From contig NC_134035.1 of the NCBI RefSeq assembly GCF_964204645.1, positions 9,084,451-9,148,450 on the forward strand: 64,000 bases of DNA, read 5' to 3'. A program made the position numbers and the translations under genes. Below, piece by piece: positions 49,701 to 64,000 of this stretch. Numbering within the stretch: position 1 is the first letter of the stretch; each line of letters opens with the position of its first letter. The notes under the pieces were generated by a model. It worked only from the letters and a program-made list of their open reading frames with translations, did no database searches and was not told where the DNA came from. The stretch is from Tubulanus polymorphus. Its lineage: Eukaryota; Animalia; Nemertea.

Positions 49701-51934
49701 ATCCTACCGAAACCGTCGAACGATTGTCCCGTATTCACCGGAGTGGTGACCGTATCGACGAAAAACAACTGTAAAAACGCAGCTGATCACGACCGAACGC
49801 CGACCACACCACAAATTACTGTTTCGGGTATGTTACTCCTGTTCTTTGTTTAAGTTTCGTTGGATTGAACGAAGAAGAGCTCGATTTACATTTCAGGGAA
49901 TGCATGCAGTTTGAGATAGAGTTGCCCAGTGGGCAGTTGACATAGTCAGTGACAATTAAAACTGGGTTTTTACACTATAGTACTTATCCACCTGTTATAA
50001 TCAACTTTTGGGCAACTATCCCATTTATATTTTATTTGGGAATACTTTTCGTTTGTCCTAATCAATAAGGGAAAAAAGTAAAACTTGCCTCTCCTTTGGA
50101 TGTGTTGTTCTGAATTAATAGCATTATTAGAGGGAGTGGTTAAAAATCAGCAAAGTTTTACGTATACGGTGGAACCTCGTTACAACAAACTTCTTCGCAT
50201 GATTAGAAAATCTGAGGCTGATTTTTGTTAAAAAATTGGTTAGAGTTAACCATTGTTAGTATTTTATTTGCCAATTATCTTTAACCAACTTTTCAGCAAC
50301 GTTATAAGCAATTGTTTGTTACACGTATATCTTGTGTGAAATTGATTGAATTTTCATGAACTTCTATATTTGTTTTATGAGTTCATTATAACGAGGATCC
50401 ACCGTGCTTTATCAGGGTGGCCACTGACCTGAAAAAACTCAAGGAATTCGACAAATTTTACCAAAAACCTGGAAAACTCTGGGAATTTGGATAATGCTAT
50501 TTAACCGTGTGGGGTCATTCATTTATTACGTACGCATTAGGGGAGGGTTCAGTGCAATTGCGTACTGTAATGCTTAATGTATACGAAAAAATGGCCGATT
50601 TTATGTAGAGGGGGAGGGGGGGTTGAAAAATTCGAATTTTATGCGTACGTAATAAATGAATGATCCCTGTGTTTCTTTTACGGACGTGTTTCAATGAAAC
50701 AATTATTAAATCATAACATTTTTTCTACTCGATAGATGCTTCTGCTCCGTCTGTCCAACCGATAACCAGTACACCGGTCTGCGGCGAGAAAACCGTTCCG
50801 AAAATCAACCGAAAACGTCATCAAAACAACAAACAAGAAGCTCAGACGACGACGACTCGACAAACATCTAGTAAACACGCTAAAACTGAGCGCGGTTTAT
50901 CCGTGGAGATGCCGCATGTTTATCTATCTCCCAGTTTCATGGATTGTAGTAACATTCAGTCGCCGTCGAACGACTGGAGTATATTCAACCTCCGTCAACA
51001 ACATCCGTTGCCACGGAATTTTTCTGATTCCGGAATCGAAATGCCGATCGATTTGAGCGGATTCACCACCGAATCGACGCCCGGGAAATTACGACCGCCG
51101 CACGAATTCGCGAGCACCGAAAAACACAGTAGGAAATCTCGTAAACCGCGCAGCAGCAGCTGTGGCATCGGTTCTAATAACGGTCGGAATGCGCAAGCGG
51201 TGAATTGTAATAAAGAGAATGGGTTATTAACGCAGCATCGCGCGGAGGTCGGCGTTAAAGTGGAATCGCAGTTCGTCGTCGATTCGTCCGCGGCTGTTAG
51301 ATTCGATGAGCCCGATTCGTCTTTTCACGAAAAAAGCCTCATCGATTTCGACGCTTTTCAATCGCTGCGCTCGCACGTATTGTTGACGCCTCCGCGACTG
51401 GCGACGAAATCGTCGGACGCCACGATGAAAACGTCGACGCCGCATAAGGAGACGTTTTTAACGTTGAAATCGTCGAGTCCGAAGTGGAATGGCGGCGCCG
51501 CCGCCGTCTGCACGCCGCTGAAACGCGTGACGACGCCGTTCAAACCGAGCACGCCGAAAAACACCATCGAAACGCCGGCGGACACGGCGTTGAATACGCC
51601 GGCGCAAATACGCCTCGATTCTAGTCACCTGGAGAGCCCGGTTACGCCGCGAAATAATACCGGCGTTTCGTCGTCGCGTAATAAGATCAGCCCGTCGCCC
51701 GGACGATTGTTGAATTCGTCGTTCGGGATGATGCCGTTAACGGGATTCACGCCGCTGCGCGGAATACGTCAGATATCGGGAATCAACGACAGTTTCGGCG
51801 ACGTTTTCCCCGATTTGCAACTCGACGATCAATTGTTGCACGATAACGGCGTGATGCCGATCGATCTCGGCAATTTGAGCTGGTTAACGAATGCCGATCT
51901 GACTGACAGCCATCTTGAAATCAGTCACCATTAA
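46742..51934 (+). CDS. FOXM1: Forkhead box M1-like transcription factor
   Basis: Exons ~46742-47504, 47641-47783, 48107-48274, 48616-48769, ~49147-49266, ~49690-49827, ~50736-51934. Forkhead RPPFSYMHLVMLAINSTTDKRMTLQEIYRWIETTFPYFKYHAKAGWK|NSIRHNLSL is close to FOXM1. It has an upstream LNKSLSNMEWL motif and a C-terminus rich in S/T-P CDK sites. Confidence 0.82.
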
Positions 51935-53298
51935 ATATACATATATGACTAGATATGAAATCTTTCTGTGTGTCTACACCGAAGCGCGGTGTATAAATCG
52001 GTGATCTACTTTGCTAGTACACCGCATCGTGGTGTATTGATGTTATTAGTAATAAGTTTTGTGAGATGGCAGTACCTGTCAAACATAGTGAAAGATTAGT
52101 AATTTGATACACCGCACTGTGGTGTAGATGCACTATAGCGGTATGCCTGTTACACAGCACACTTGGGTGGAATTTTAGCACTATTGAGTTGGTATTAATT
52201 AGTCAGCAATGAAAGGGTTAACAGTGGACCAGGTATCCAATTGTAGGATGCAGTTTGATGTAAATGTATAAAGAAAATGGTTGTAAATTTTCAATAGGTT
52301 TAAAACCATGATTATTTTGATCTCAAAATCCTGCTCTTTATCGAAATTAGGCACACGTGTAACTAGAAATTATGTTGTTGTAATATAATGATTATGTTGA
52401 ACCTTGCCTAACTCTGCGCATTCAGAATTAAGTTTTGGAATGTACTTCATATCTACGATGCTTTTTTATGGTCTCAGTGGATCTTTCGTTTAGTACTGTG
52501 CATTGTGCATGTGTAATTATACATATCTAGCTGTTTGCCGATGATTTGTGTGAAATTTTTGTTGCGTGTATATTTATTGTGAAAATGATTACACCTAATT
52601 GACTGAATTGAATAATGGAGTCGCATGTAAATAGAAGAAAATTATAAATCTCGTTCGAATGAATAACTGTAAATACGTGTAAATGGAGTTAGTGTGAGCT
52701 AGCGATGCTTAAATGTTTGTGTTTTAAATGATATATGAGCACATATAGAGGGTCTGATGTGCGTGCACACCTGTATTTTAAATTTTTGTTGAAATTTATT
52801 GAAAATTAATTTTGCCTATTATTGTTTGTGTTATGAACAAGATAATGATAAGGAAGCCTACCTATCATTATCAAAAAATAGAAAACCTGGTAAAATATGT
52901 CTTAGCCTTCGAAAATAGATTGTTTGGTCGGATTGGTAATACATTCAAAGTTGTTGTAATGCCATCATGAAACCAAAAGAAAATATGGTGTTATAACGAA
53001 TTTTGTTTAAGAGTGGAACCTTGTAACATCGAATTTCAGGGGACCTGCAAATCTTTTGTCTCGATTTCTTAATATATGAAATTATCAAAATTGGGGCCAG
53101 AAAATCTGTTCGTTTATAACCGATAGTTTGTTATATCCAGCATAAAATTTACTGAAATATCCTACTTTGGATGATATTCTAGGTATGTTATAACCGATAA
53201 ATCATTGAAACGAGGTTCCACTGTTTAAAAGATTGAATGACATTTTCGTTGAATTTGAGTGAGATTTATTTGTTCCCATTGTTTAAGTTAAGCACCTG

Positions 53299-53437
53299 GG
53301 GCCGGTTGCATAGTCATGGCTTAGACTTAAGACCAGTCTAAGACCAACTTGGTTCTATAACCAATCTAACAACTTAAGACCAGTCTAAAGATTTAAGACC
53401 ACTTTTGGACTTAAAGTCACGACTGTGCAACTGGCCC
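53299..53437. mobile_element. PIF/Harbinger-like MITE
   Basis: TIR GGGCCGGTTGCATAGTC...GACTGTGCAACTGGCCC with a 3-bp TSD CTG/CTG. Confidence 0.8.
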
Positions 53438-53478
53438 CTGGCCCTAAAAAGGATAACGTTGTAAGAACAGATATCCAG

Positions 53479-53616
53479 GGGCCGGTTGCATAGTCATGGT
53501 TTAGACTTAAGACCAGTCTAAGACCAACTTAGTTCTATAGCTAATCTAACAACTTAAGATCAGTCTTAAGATTTAAGACCACTTTTGGACTTAAGTCACG
53601 ACTGTGCAACTGGCCC
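53479..53616. mobile_element. PIF/Harbinger-like MITE, second adjacent copy
   Basis: Near-identical to 53299-53437 but with TSD CAG/CAG. Other family copies lie at ~504-857, ~2144-2728 and ~4291-4432. Confidence 0.8.
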
Positions 53617-56600
53617 CAGGACTAGTACGTGTAGTGAATGCTGTTGTTCTAACCGATATTTCTATTGATGTTGTTATGATCTTCGATTATGAAAACGAAA
53701 TGAAAAAAATGCTTTATTCAACGTAAATCTTGACGAATCTATCGAATGAAATGAATGTTGTAGAAGCTTTTTATGTGCGCGCATTTTTTGTTCAGTTTCA
53801 AACTGAGAAGTGAATGTTGTAAGTCGAGGTGAAATGAAATGAAATCATTTGAATAAAAGAAAAGATTGATCGTAAATTCATTCGTTTGCTTTTGTCCTGT
53901 TTCAGGGTGGCCGTTCGTATGGAATTCAGGGGAAAATCAGGGAATTTGATTTCACTTAAAAAGTCATGAAATAGTAAGGGAATTTTATGAAAAAGGTCAA
54001 AATCATGGAAAAGTCGGGGAAAACTGTTTTTGTGCACACGACGTTACAGAAAAGCACGGCAAAACGTAAATTCGAAATTAAATATACCGTAGTTGAGATA
54101 ACTTAGGTCATGAAATTTTGGTTAATGTTCATGGAAAAACAAAATCAGATATAGGTACCTATACAGGTATAGGTATCAGATATAATCAGAGACAGGGTGA
54201 CCACGAATCTGGAAAACAGGGAAATGATTTTTCTCAGGGAAATTGGTAAAAATATGGAAAACAGGGAAATTACTTTTGTCTCGCACGCGCGTTTTCACCG
54301 CGAATGTTTACAATTGACTACCTGATTATATATCAAGGATCATATGGTAAATAATACAAAGTTATAGCGCCACTTTCTAACAAATTCATAAAATCACAGC
54401 GGAGCTATATCAGACGATAGGCTGCTTGTCTTTAATTTTATATTTGTCATGGTCTCCATATGACGCCCAGCACAGGGAAAATCAACTTTTCACAGGGAAT
54501 TTGCAAGTGGGCGGTTTGTGGTCACCCTGTATAAGTAGCCACCCTGTATTTACTTGTCATATCCAGCAGTATCCAGTAATTGTGTTTCATAGACTACAGA
54601 CAAACCTCGTTATAGCGCCAGCCCCATGACCGTCAAAATTGTGGCGGTAACGAATGTGGCCATCATGAGTGTTGACATGGCATACAAGACATGACTATTG
54701 ACCAAATCCAGTATTGACATAAATTAATCTTAATTTAGGAAACCTAAAGGTCTTAGCTTATTTCATTTAGATAATAGAACAAACAATTATTTGTACAGTA
54801 GATGCGTGATACTACCGACCACATTGTATCGATTCTGAACCAAAAGATTGGAAACGTCGTTGACGAAAGATCGTTGGCGGTTAATAACGAATGTTTTTTC
54901 TATGAGTTTGAATAGGACTGTTTAGGATTTCGTGGGGGTTATGGCGGAGGGTGAGGGGTGGTAAAACGAGAGCTATTTACATACATAGATACCAAATGAA
55001 CTGTGCACAAAGAAATTCTTGACGATAGGTGAATTTGGCGGTATTACGGATGGCGGTCGGTACAACGAGCTTGGACTGTTTCAATATAAAGCCGCGCACA
55101 CATTTTGTCATTAAAAATCTTAAACACCGTGCAAATAATGCAGATATAAATCTGCTGACTGGACCCATCCCTTCGGCGTTCGATACCTACCTCGTCATGA
55201 TTTCTATTCGCCTCCGACATTATTTATTGTGAATGGACAGGGTTCCTACAATTCCTTGAAAACTACTTAATGGAAGGTAACGCTTTCAAACTCCGCATGT
55301 ACTGTAAACTATGCCTTAATTGGTAGAGTTCCGGGATTTGTTTTTACCCTATTAGGCAGTTTAAGTAATCTTAAGGATAAATATTTGCTTACAAAACCGA
55401 ATTCATGGTTTTACCAAGATCATGGACATCTACTTAATACTCCATGCCGAGATAGATGGTACCAATTAGGCCTTTTTTAATAGCTTGGTTTACGGGAACC
55501 GCCTCCGAAATTTGAAGAAAGGTCAAATTGATTTTTTTTCAATTCCCATCCGTGGAACGAATTCAGTGAAAAGAATGAGCAAAAAATGTTTTTCGTCTCT
55601 ACCGAATGAGAATCCTGGCTTAAATGATGAAAAAAAATTGAAAAATGCGAAGTTCTTTTTTGATTGCAGTGCGCAGAATCCGAACTTTCCAAGAATCATT
55701 TGTTTGGACATAATGTATACTGCCCTATCGAAAGTTCCATCTTCCTACAAAAAGCGATTTTATCTCAATAAGGGAATTCTCTTAAAAATGATATTTCAAC
55801 AGGTCTACCCCGTAAACCAAGCTATTAAAAAGGCCTAATTGGGATACGTATGTATAATTGACGCAGACGCTTCATGGAAATCTGAAATTTTCTCCTTGAA
55901 AACTCCTTAAAGAATTGAATTTTATTTTCATTATACTTCAGATACAGTAACATACATACAATCTTACACAACAAGAAAAGACAATAAATGATGTAATAAT
56001 TTGATTGGCAATATTATGAAGGACACAGTACAAGCCTGACGACTGCCAGCTGGAGGTACTGTGCCCGAGCGATGAAATGGAGGTGGGATGAGGGGTATTT
56101 ATGTATATAAGATAATATATGTATATAAGTCAGCCATCAAATGCACTACTATGAAATGTTGAATCCCAGATGACTGGTAGAAGTAAATAGTACAAAGAAA
56201 TGCAACACAAATTCATACAAATATCTTAGATATATAGGATGATAAGGAATATCGATAAAGTTAGCTTATTAATAAAGCGGTAATGATATGCTTCTGTAAC
56301 CTATGTACACAAGTTTCAATTGTTTTAGCTTATATCCAGGAATGACTGGAAGACCCTGATGGACTATTACATCAGCGATCACTTCACCATCCTTCAATAG
56401 ACTAATCATTAAGAATGGCGAATTCCTGACGAGGTGGATCCTGTAAATGTAGGTATTCCAAGATAAAAGTGATATCGAAGAACATTGTCCCCAAGTTATA
56501 CATCGAACAGGAACATATAACTAATAGCTGGCTTCACTTTATTCACAAATTGTATATAGGAGAGGTAAAGAAGCAATTGTCTTGGTGAAAAGTCCACTTA

Positions 56601-56666
56601 TATACGTGTATGTAAGCACAAAAAGCATATGAACTTTTGATTTTTGATTAAGTTATGTATAGTTCA

Positions 56667-59600
56667 TCAGTTAGCCAGTAAAACCTCTCTCTCCCTACGT
56701 CTCACTCCTTCTTCCTTAACGTCATCTCTTAACAACGTTTCATAACTGACACCATTCGGATCGTTCATGCATATCGGTAACGGATCAATACTAGGGAAGT
56801 TAGCCCTAAATTCGAGCTCCGCCTGCGTGAGGTTCACTTTTGCCGACAAGGACTCGTACATTCTGTCCCAGAACAACCCTAAGGGGTCGGCCTTCTCGTT
56901 GAAGTAAAGTTTCGTCAGAGGTTTCATAACATTGGGCGGATTGGCCATCGTTTCTCTGTCCAAATACACCGGTACAATTCTCGCCGTACCTGCAATTATT
57001 AGTTTTCCTTTTAGTTAGTCAGGAAAAATTTGAAGTTAAACTGTTTGTTCTTTAGACGCTTTTCCACTATCTAGATTTTTCATCACTAGATGATTCTTGC
57101 TTTCAGCCGAGTATTTTACCTGGATTTAAGCAATGGGCGTACTGCGTTTGGAATTCACATTCTTTGCTTCTCCAATAAGCTGGCGTTACAATTGTTATCA
57201 TTTGTCTACATCTGAAACACAACCACAAATTCAGATACTCTAAAAGAGAAAAAGCGACGATGGATGTCGTGGATACAAGGATTCACTATAGAATTAATTA
57301 CGATGGATACTCATAAGGTATAACAAATGCAACTACCGTTGGAATAGTTTTAACTATTAGTTGGCCCTTCTATTTGTCCCTATTTTCTATGTTTAAAGAA
57401 AGAATAAAATATCACCTCTTTTCAATCAGTTGTATGGAAACGTTTATTTGTTCGGTACCCTGCGCAACCAAGAAATCGCGCTGTGGAACTAGAATTTTCA
57501 TCCCTCGTTTTGTTTCCATTTCGTTGATGAGTTTTATGACGAATTTCAATTCTTCGCTGTTCAAACTCTGATCAGCGAAACACACGTACGCGTCATAAAA
57601 CAAAGCCATTCCACTGAAAACTATGTTAAAAGATAGACGTTACGTTACGTTATATTATTATTATTATCATAATAATGAGTAATAAAGTGTACATGTTTGT
57701 ATCTTTAACTTTGATACCTCAAACAACTTAACTAAGAACAAAGGCAGTGCTTAAAGCAAATATTATACAGGAAAATTTAATGTTTTGAATACTCCTCGGC
57801 CGCAAGATGTCTTAACATCTATTAAAGCGGAGCTTGGAGATTTCTATATTATGTTTCTTTATCCTGTAATTTCATATGTATTATTTTCTAAACCGATCAG
57901 TCCCCCACCTGACTCCAGTGGGTGTGATTTAGTTTGTTATGGAGCTTTCTACAACCGACCGCTCAGCTTTTATGGCAAATAAACTTAAGATATAATAAAC
58001 GAAATAAAAAACAAAGTGAAACAACAACACGGATACGCTTAGGCATAAAAATACCCTCTTCAAGCATCGTGAACCCGATATGATATGATATATGATATGT
58101 GATGTGTGATATATGATAAGATGTTTTAGGAACACGAAGATTACACAGATTTTGAGTTAGATGTGAGTCACTTCTAACTCGCACCTATGTCACTGCGAGC
58201 ACGTAGGGTTCACACTGGTATACTCACTATCCTGTACCGTCAACAGGTCATAAACATTATTATGTTCAGGTTCCTCTTCTTCGGCGACGGCTTCGTCGTC
58301 TTCATCGTCTGATTTAGAAAAGGCTAATAACACAGGGTAAGCCTTACTACTGTGTAAGCCTTAATTATGGCTTACACATTAGAAATAGATAGGCCTATAT
58401 TTTGGCATACAGTCAGTGTTTGATTTCTGATAAAATTGCATTTTATATCGAAGCTCTTATGTACACGTTTCCACTGATTCCAAACGATTCCAATGAGGGG
58501 GCAGTGAACGAACCTAAGATTTTCAAAGTGTCCTTAAAAAGTCAGTGTCAAAAGATTTAGGTCAAAATTTTTCGAAATTTTGATACAATTTTCACCCTGT
58601 TTTGGAAAATGAAAATAATCCATCCTCAATTGATTTATTCGGGGACTTCATATTAAAGATCTGACTTTTTTTTCGTAATGAAAGTGCCTTCTTTCTAGAA
58701 ATAGAACTGCCCCCCCCAAAAAAAAAGCTCAGCACTCGGGCCTGCAATTCATAACCGCATATTTGGGGTCAGTTAAGTATTCTGTGATGGATTCATTAAA
58801 ATATGTGTGTGTGGGTTGATAACAATACCTTTATTACTTCCCGATGGCGTCTGAATCAGACTAGCTATGTATTCATCTATATCATGAACTGAAAAACAGA
58901 TACACATATTCGATACGAGTACCGAAACAAAACTATCGTGAAATCTAAATAGATATCCAAAATTAACACTGAAAAAAATGTTCTCAAGACCATACCGGTA
59001 TATCATGTAATTAGAGAGTATTGATCATTCATTATATTTTATGTATTGTGTTATTAGATATCATTATAAACATGCCAAGTAAGTTTCGCTTTTTGCGTAT
59101 CCTCTGAGAGAACCATGTGGCAAATTGAAGAGATCCAAAACAACCTAAAATAAGTCTTCGTAAGGGCGCTGTCCATCAAAGACCTCCAAGGTCGAGGGGG
59201 ATTTGTGATTTTGGACTTTTGTGGACGGGGGGGGGGGGGGGGGGGGTAAATTCTGCTTAATTCAGCTGAACAAATGATTAAGTGCAATACATGGAGTGAT
59301 TACTTTAACTTCGAATTAATAATGATGATAAATAATAATAATGAATAATAATAATTATAATGATAATGATGATAATGATAATAATAATAATGATAATTAT
59401 AATAATAGTAAATTTGTACATATTTGTATATATATAATTAGAAGAATTAGTTCAATTTATATACATTTTCAAGATCGTGTATGGAATAATAGTTATGGTA
59501 ATAGTAATATATTTTCTATTGCATTTTCCCCACTGTCATACAATGGCATTATTACCCCAGCCTATAAATCTAGCCAATTATCAATCATCCCTCCCTGGGG

Positions 59601-61045
59601 AAAAGTAACATTTTGCAGTTTCGTATGGACGTTTTTCATGGACAGGCCTTAACGGAACTATACTCACCTAAATGTGATTGTAGATCATACAGAGCATCTT
59701 CTCTACCGAGTTGGAATAGAATATCTATAAGAGATTGGATCGAATCGACAGCATTTTCCGGCACTCGATCACCGTTCCATTCACGCAGTACCTCGACCAT
59801 CGGGTCTCGTGATCTTTCGATGTTGGCCACGCTTATCGACTGAAATCCTCGCAATGCTGCTACTCCTTGCCAGTCGATTCTTACCCGTGGCTCATATTCT
59901 CGTAACAGTCGGTTTTCCGGGTTCAAGAAATCTGATAGGATTATTTTTGACCTTTTACCGAGGCAGCGGATCGGTATCGTATCAGTGCCTCGGTTCGTTT
60001 TCAAATCGTCGTAAAACGATTTGTTGTCCAGCGTTTGAGGCAACGATTTCGTCGCTTCTGAGGTAGCCTCGACCGGGATCGGTGCAAGGAACGGTTCGCC
60101 ACGGATCGCTAGGTAAGGTAGGACATTGGTGGAATATTCGCTGCGAGACCTCGGACGATGCTGTAGATTTGAAAACTGTTTCCAAGGAATAACTGGACAA
60201 CTGGAACATTTGTGAACTCCGACTGAATTAGGCTCAGTCTCGTCCAAATTCGGATACAATGAAATAGACGAAACCTCGGCGTATAACTCATTTTCATTTG
60301 AGCGTTGTTGATTTGCATTTTCCTGATTTATGTTATCTTCTAGCTGATTTTCGAACGCCAGTAAATGGTCAAATGGCTCCGATCGATGACTGGATGAACT
60401 TTCAACAATCTGGTTTGCATCCTCGTTGAAATAAGATGCGCCAACACCACGACAAGTTACATCAGTGGAACAGCCACCGATTTTAGTATCGTCGTAAATT
60501 GATGGTCGCCTTTCTTCGTTTGTCACCATGATACTCGTCGTTGAACCAGAAAGTGCCCATTTTCCTGAACAATTCCCGAACAGAGAGGAATCGTGTTGCT
60601 TACTGTTTGACGGTGAAGAAAATCGTACAAATCGTGCATAAGGCACGATTTCGCCCGAATCAACGCGATCAGATAAACAGTATTCAGCATAAGATTTGCA
60701 GCTATCATTTTCTTGGCAATCCGAGCAACCTGAACAACTCGACGAATTGTCCTGTTCATTCAAATACGCTTCTTCCCGGTCACCCGACGCTGTTTCCTCT
60801 GCCGTTATTTCATCATAACCAGCCACTTCAGTACTTTCATATTCCATTGTAATAGCTACCGTCAGCATTGGAGATCCTATCAGAACGCTAGTCTGACTAT
60901 GAATATGATAATCATCCCAGTCGCCATCGCCAGTAAATCCACCGAATGAGTAAAAAGATGTTTCCCACTTATGACTGATGTAATCGGCGAGATTTACAGA
61001 ACTGTTAGATGACCGTTTCGACGTCATGATGTTGTAAAGTTCCAT
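56667..61045 (-). CDS. MYD88: MyD88-like adaptor (death domain and TIR) with an unusually long N-terminal extension
   Basis: Exon ~61045-59668 ends in a death domain (IPIRCLG...LSDFLNP...DWQGVAALRGF...DPMVEVLREW...LIDILFQLGREDALYDL). Linker exons lie at ~58887-58807 and ~58323-58228. TIR exons are ~57613-57416 (FYDAYVCF...QLIEKR), ~57211-57120 (CRQMITIVTPAYWRSKECEFQTQYAHCLNP) and ~56988-56667 (RIVPV...FWDRM). Confidence 0.8.
59319..59410. repeat. (AAT)n-type microsatellite
   Basis: Imperfect aat/gat run. A shorter one lies at ~5021-5058 and (gcacac)n at ~39880-39912. Confidence 0.9.
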
Positions 61046-61976
61046 TGAGATCCTCTGCAGAACTGACTGGAAATTATTGCGAAGAACAAACACCGTTACG
61101 ACGATAGATATTCAATATCCAGATAGATTAGTGCAAGATCCAGTTTAACAGTCATGGGTCAAAATAAGGGCTCAACTCCGTTTTATGGTTAAGTAGTTCA
61201 GGCGGCGAATAACAGTACAGATTAAAACATCAAGGGCATTGTCGAAGAAATATCCTTCGACAATCCGACAATCAGAAGCATTGTCGAAGAAATTTCTTTC
61301 CAATCGGTTTCAAATTCAGCTGGAAAAACCGTTAAACTGGATATTACGTCATACGAAATATTGAGTTTTCTAGTCTCACCCACGTATGAAATAATTAACA
61401 TTAAAATCATTGTCCACAAAAACCTACCAGAAGAGGCTGGAATGAAATACGCCGGATACATGTGAAAATTTTCGTGTATATAATCCTACTTTCGATCAGG
61501 ATATGAAAGATAGCTTTTTTTCAGTGTGAATACCATAGATATATTATTAGAATTGATTGACTATATGAGTTATATTTTATTGTCTATATTTTTATATAGG
61601 TCACCCGCATCTTTCGATGATATCTGAAAATGATGCAGCAGCAATACTTTGACACCACTGTTTATTCAGCTCTGAATGTTTTTTTAATCCTTCTTTTTAA
61701 GTTCCGCTATAACGAAATGAACCTCAAACCACAAATCATAAAATTACTTTCTGAGTTATTTATAAATTAATCTAGATTATTGTTCACAAGTCGAAACTGT
61801 TACAGCGCAATTTATAAATATAATAAGAACAAATTTCCAATAAATTCAACACAATGACGGCTTATAAGGAAGGCTTTTCCAAGAAGATTACCACGAACTG
61901 AGCTACTTATTTTTTCGCTTTGTAATGTAATTTCTGGTAGAATGTAAGTAGTAAGAATCGCAAATTTTCCGTCGAA

Positions 61977-63957
61977 CTAACGAGTGCCAGTCGGGTATTT
62001 TTCGCGTTCCTTTTTCTCGTCGGGAAACCTGGGAGTGCACGCGAACCTGTCTCGCGGTGGATACCGAACATGTCCGAGCCGTTCGATCGTTTTCTCCTGT
62101 TTGATGAGAATATTCTTATGAAATATCTGCACCCGGCGTCGGTTGATGTTCTCGGCGAGATTTTTCTTCGTCCATTCCAACGTTTCCGATTTGTCTTTCA
62201 ACGCCTCTTCGCCTTTCGCTTCAAGTTCGGCCAATTCTTTTCGTTCTTCTTTCACCTTCCTTCTCAGTATCATAATTTCGTATCTAGAAAATTGCAACAA
62301 TTAAATTGAATGCTTTTTTCTCGAACACAATTTACAGCATAATGTACACGGATGCAAAATACAAAATACAGTAAATTAGACTTGAACAGGCATGTAGAAA
62401 CTAGGAAATAGTTTTATTTTGTCATTAACGTTACTACAAAAAATTATTAATGTCTATAATTCAGTTTGATTAGGGGATACATACATTAAGTAAACATTCG
62501 ATAAGCTAAAGTAGTTTTTTTGTGATTCCTCAAATTTAATTGTCACTAATGTTATTCCACAGGTCCAGATATCTTTACTGAAACTTACCTCCTTCGAACA
62601 ATATTAATCACTTTCAATGAAGAATGAAGTTACGTACTTCGCTGGTTAATGATTTAACCACTCACCTCCAGATATGTTTCTGTCGTCTCACTCGTACATA
62701 ATCGTCATGTTTAACCGAATATTCTTCAGCTAAAACGACCAGCGAATCTCGCTCGCGGATGTTCTTCACCGCTAAGATCCACAAATCGTAACACGTCTGA
62801 AAATCATCGTTCGAAATGGGAGTTAGCAGTTAAATTTTAGTTTTACATCTGGGCATGGGCGTATAAACCAAGGGTGGATCCAGGGTAACCTCATTTTCTT
62901 AAAATTCTATAAAGAAATATGAATTATTCCCTCATGACAGCCATCAAATAGCATAGGAGAAAACCTAAATGTCACAATATTTTCGGCTCCTCCCACGTTT
63001 GGGTGCCCTTCGTGATTACTTTTGTGCCCTTCAGTACCCTGGTCCCCACCTTCCCCAAAATCCTGGCTCCGGCCTTGTTAACTTTGGTTCTTAGTACAAT
63101 GATCCGAGCAACCTCCAGTCATCAAGAATCTATGCACACACGCTTTACGTGGTTCATATATGTACGTACTTGCCTCCGAATGTACGACCGATACCCTCCC
63201 CCTCCTCTGAATCTCCCGATAGCCACTAAAGACACTGATACCAGTTGCCCCGATTCTTACCTCTGCACATTCCGGAAGTCTTCCTTCAACGAACACCTGT
63301 TCCATCAATACACGAACCAGTGGACCTTGATATAAATCCAAGCCTAACTCGCCCATCGATTTGATCCATCTGGCTATTCTGTAGTGGTGAAATTCGTTGC
63401 TACAAAATAATTATCAACGAGATCAGTATCAGGTATCCACGATGTTTTGTTCGCATATTGGACCTAATTCAATTGGTACATTAGAAACGCTTTTTCGTAG
63501 ATGAATTATTTTTCGAATAACAGTCGGAAAATTAATTAGTCCATTTACTCGTTAATCAAGGTCATTCGCTCTTTGAAATACGGTTTGAATTCAATTTCGC
63601 CGGTTTCCTTATCGACCAGTTCCAAACCATAAAACTCATAAAACATCAACATGATTTTGAAAGCTCGTTCGTACACTTCAGGTATCTTTCTGAGCGCCTG
63701 GAAGTAACGCATATATTGAATAAGTCGAGATGACTCGCTATATCCGTGTGTAAGAATATACGAGAGAAATCCCACAATAATTCAGTCAAAGATGAAAAGT
63801 TCTCGAGGGATAAATTATTGTGGGATTTCTTTCGTAAAACGTATTGAATGCCCCTTCTGCGTCGAGCTCGTTTTACGATGCGAAACTTACTTTGATTTCA
63901 TGACGTTGAAGAACGTGCAAGTATTCGTTTGGTCCTCTGTCAGCTGTAGGTGTAACC
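61977..63957 (-). CDS. Opioid growth factor receptor-like (OGFr_N domain) protein, 5' part outside the window
   Basis: Exons encode VTPTADRGPN..., YERAFKIMLMFYEFYGLELVDKETGEI, HHYRIARWIKSMGELGLDLYQGPLVRVLMEQVF and YDLWILAVKNIRER, which align by eye with the OGFr conserved region. A charged C-terminal exon ends at 61977. Confidence 0.75.
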
Positions 63958-64000
63958 CTGTTATTGGAATCGTGTACATACATTCGGTAACGGTTTTAGA

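Noticed and set aside
59341-59652. Asn-rich 103-aa ORF
   Set aside because: Translation of an (AAT)n microsatellite in a MyD88 intron.
61222-61464. Short stretch open on both strands with a duplicated gcattgtcgaagaaat motif upstream of the MyD88-like gene
   Set aside because: Too short, no homology recognised and no clear splice sites.

Overview
AT-rich, intron-rich metazoan DNA, probably from an invertebrate (a lophotrochozoan origin is an inference). It holds eight recognisable protein-coding genes. In order: LMF2 (-, 3' end outside the window) with a pair of duplicated, mutually exclusive exons; an MFHAS1-like LRR-Roc-COR gene (+) nested antisense in a large LMF2 intron; NCAPH2 (-); MEI4-like (+); KIF27/KIF7-like kinesin (-); FOXM1-like (+); an atypical MyD88-like gene (-) with a long N-terminal extension; and the 3' part of an OGFr-domain gene (-). 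The most striking unannotated signal is seven paralogous pre-miRNA-like hairpins in two NCAPH2 introns. All carry a miR-29-family seed (UAGCACCA) on the host-sense strand, several show compensatory stem changes, and five have a CNNC motif at the expected distance. Other notable features are Penelope-type minimal hammerhead motifs (one as an inverted pair) in kinesin introns, a stop-free 17-bp satellite starting at a splice donor, a ~280-bp foldback element in the FOXM1 5' region, E2F/CDE-CHR-type divergent promoters and several MITE families. All gene identities come from recalled protein motifs, not database searches, and exon boundaries were read by eye.
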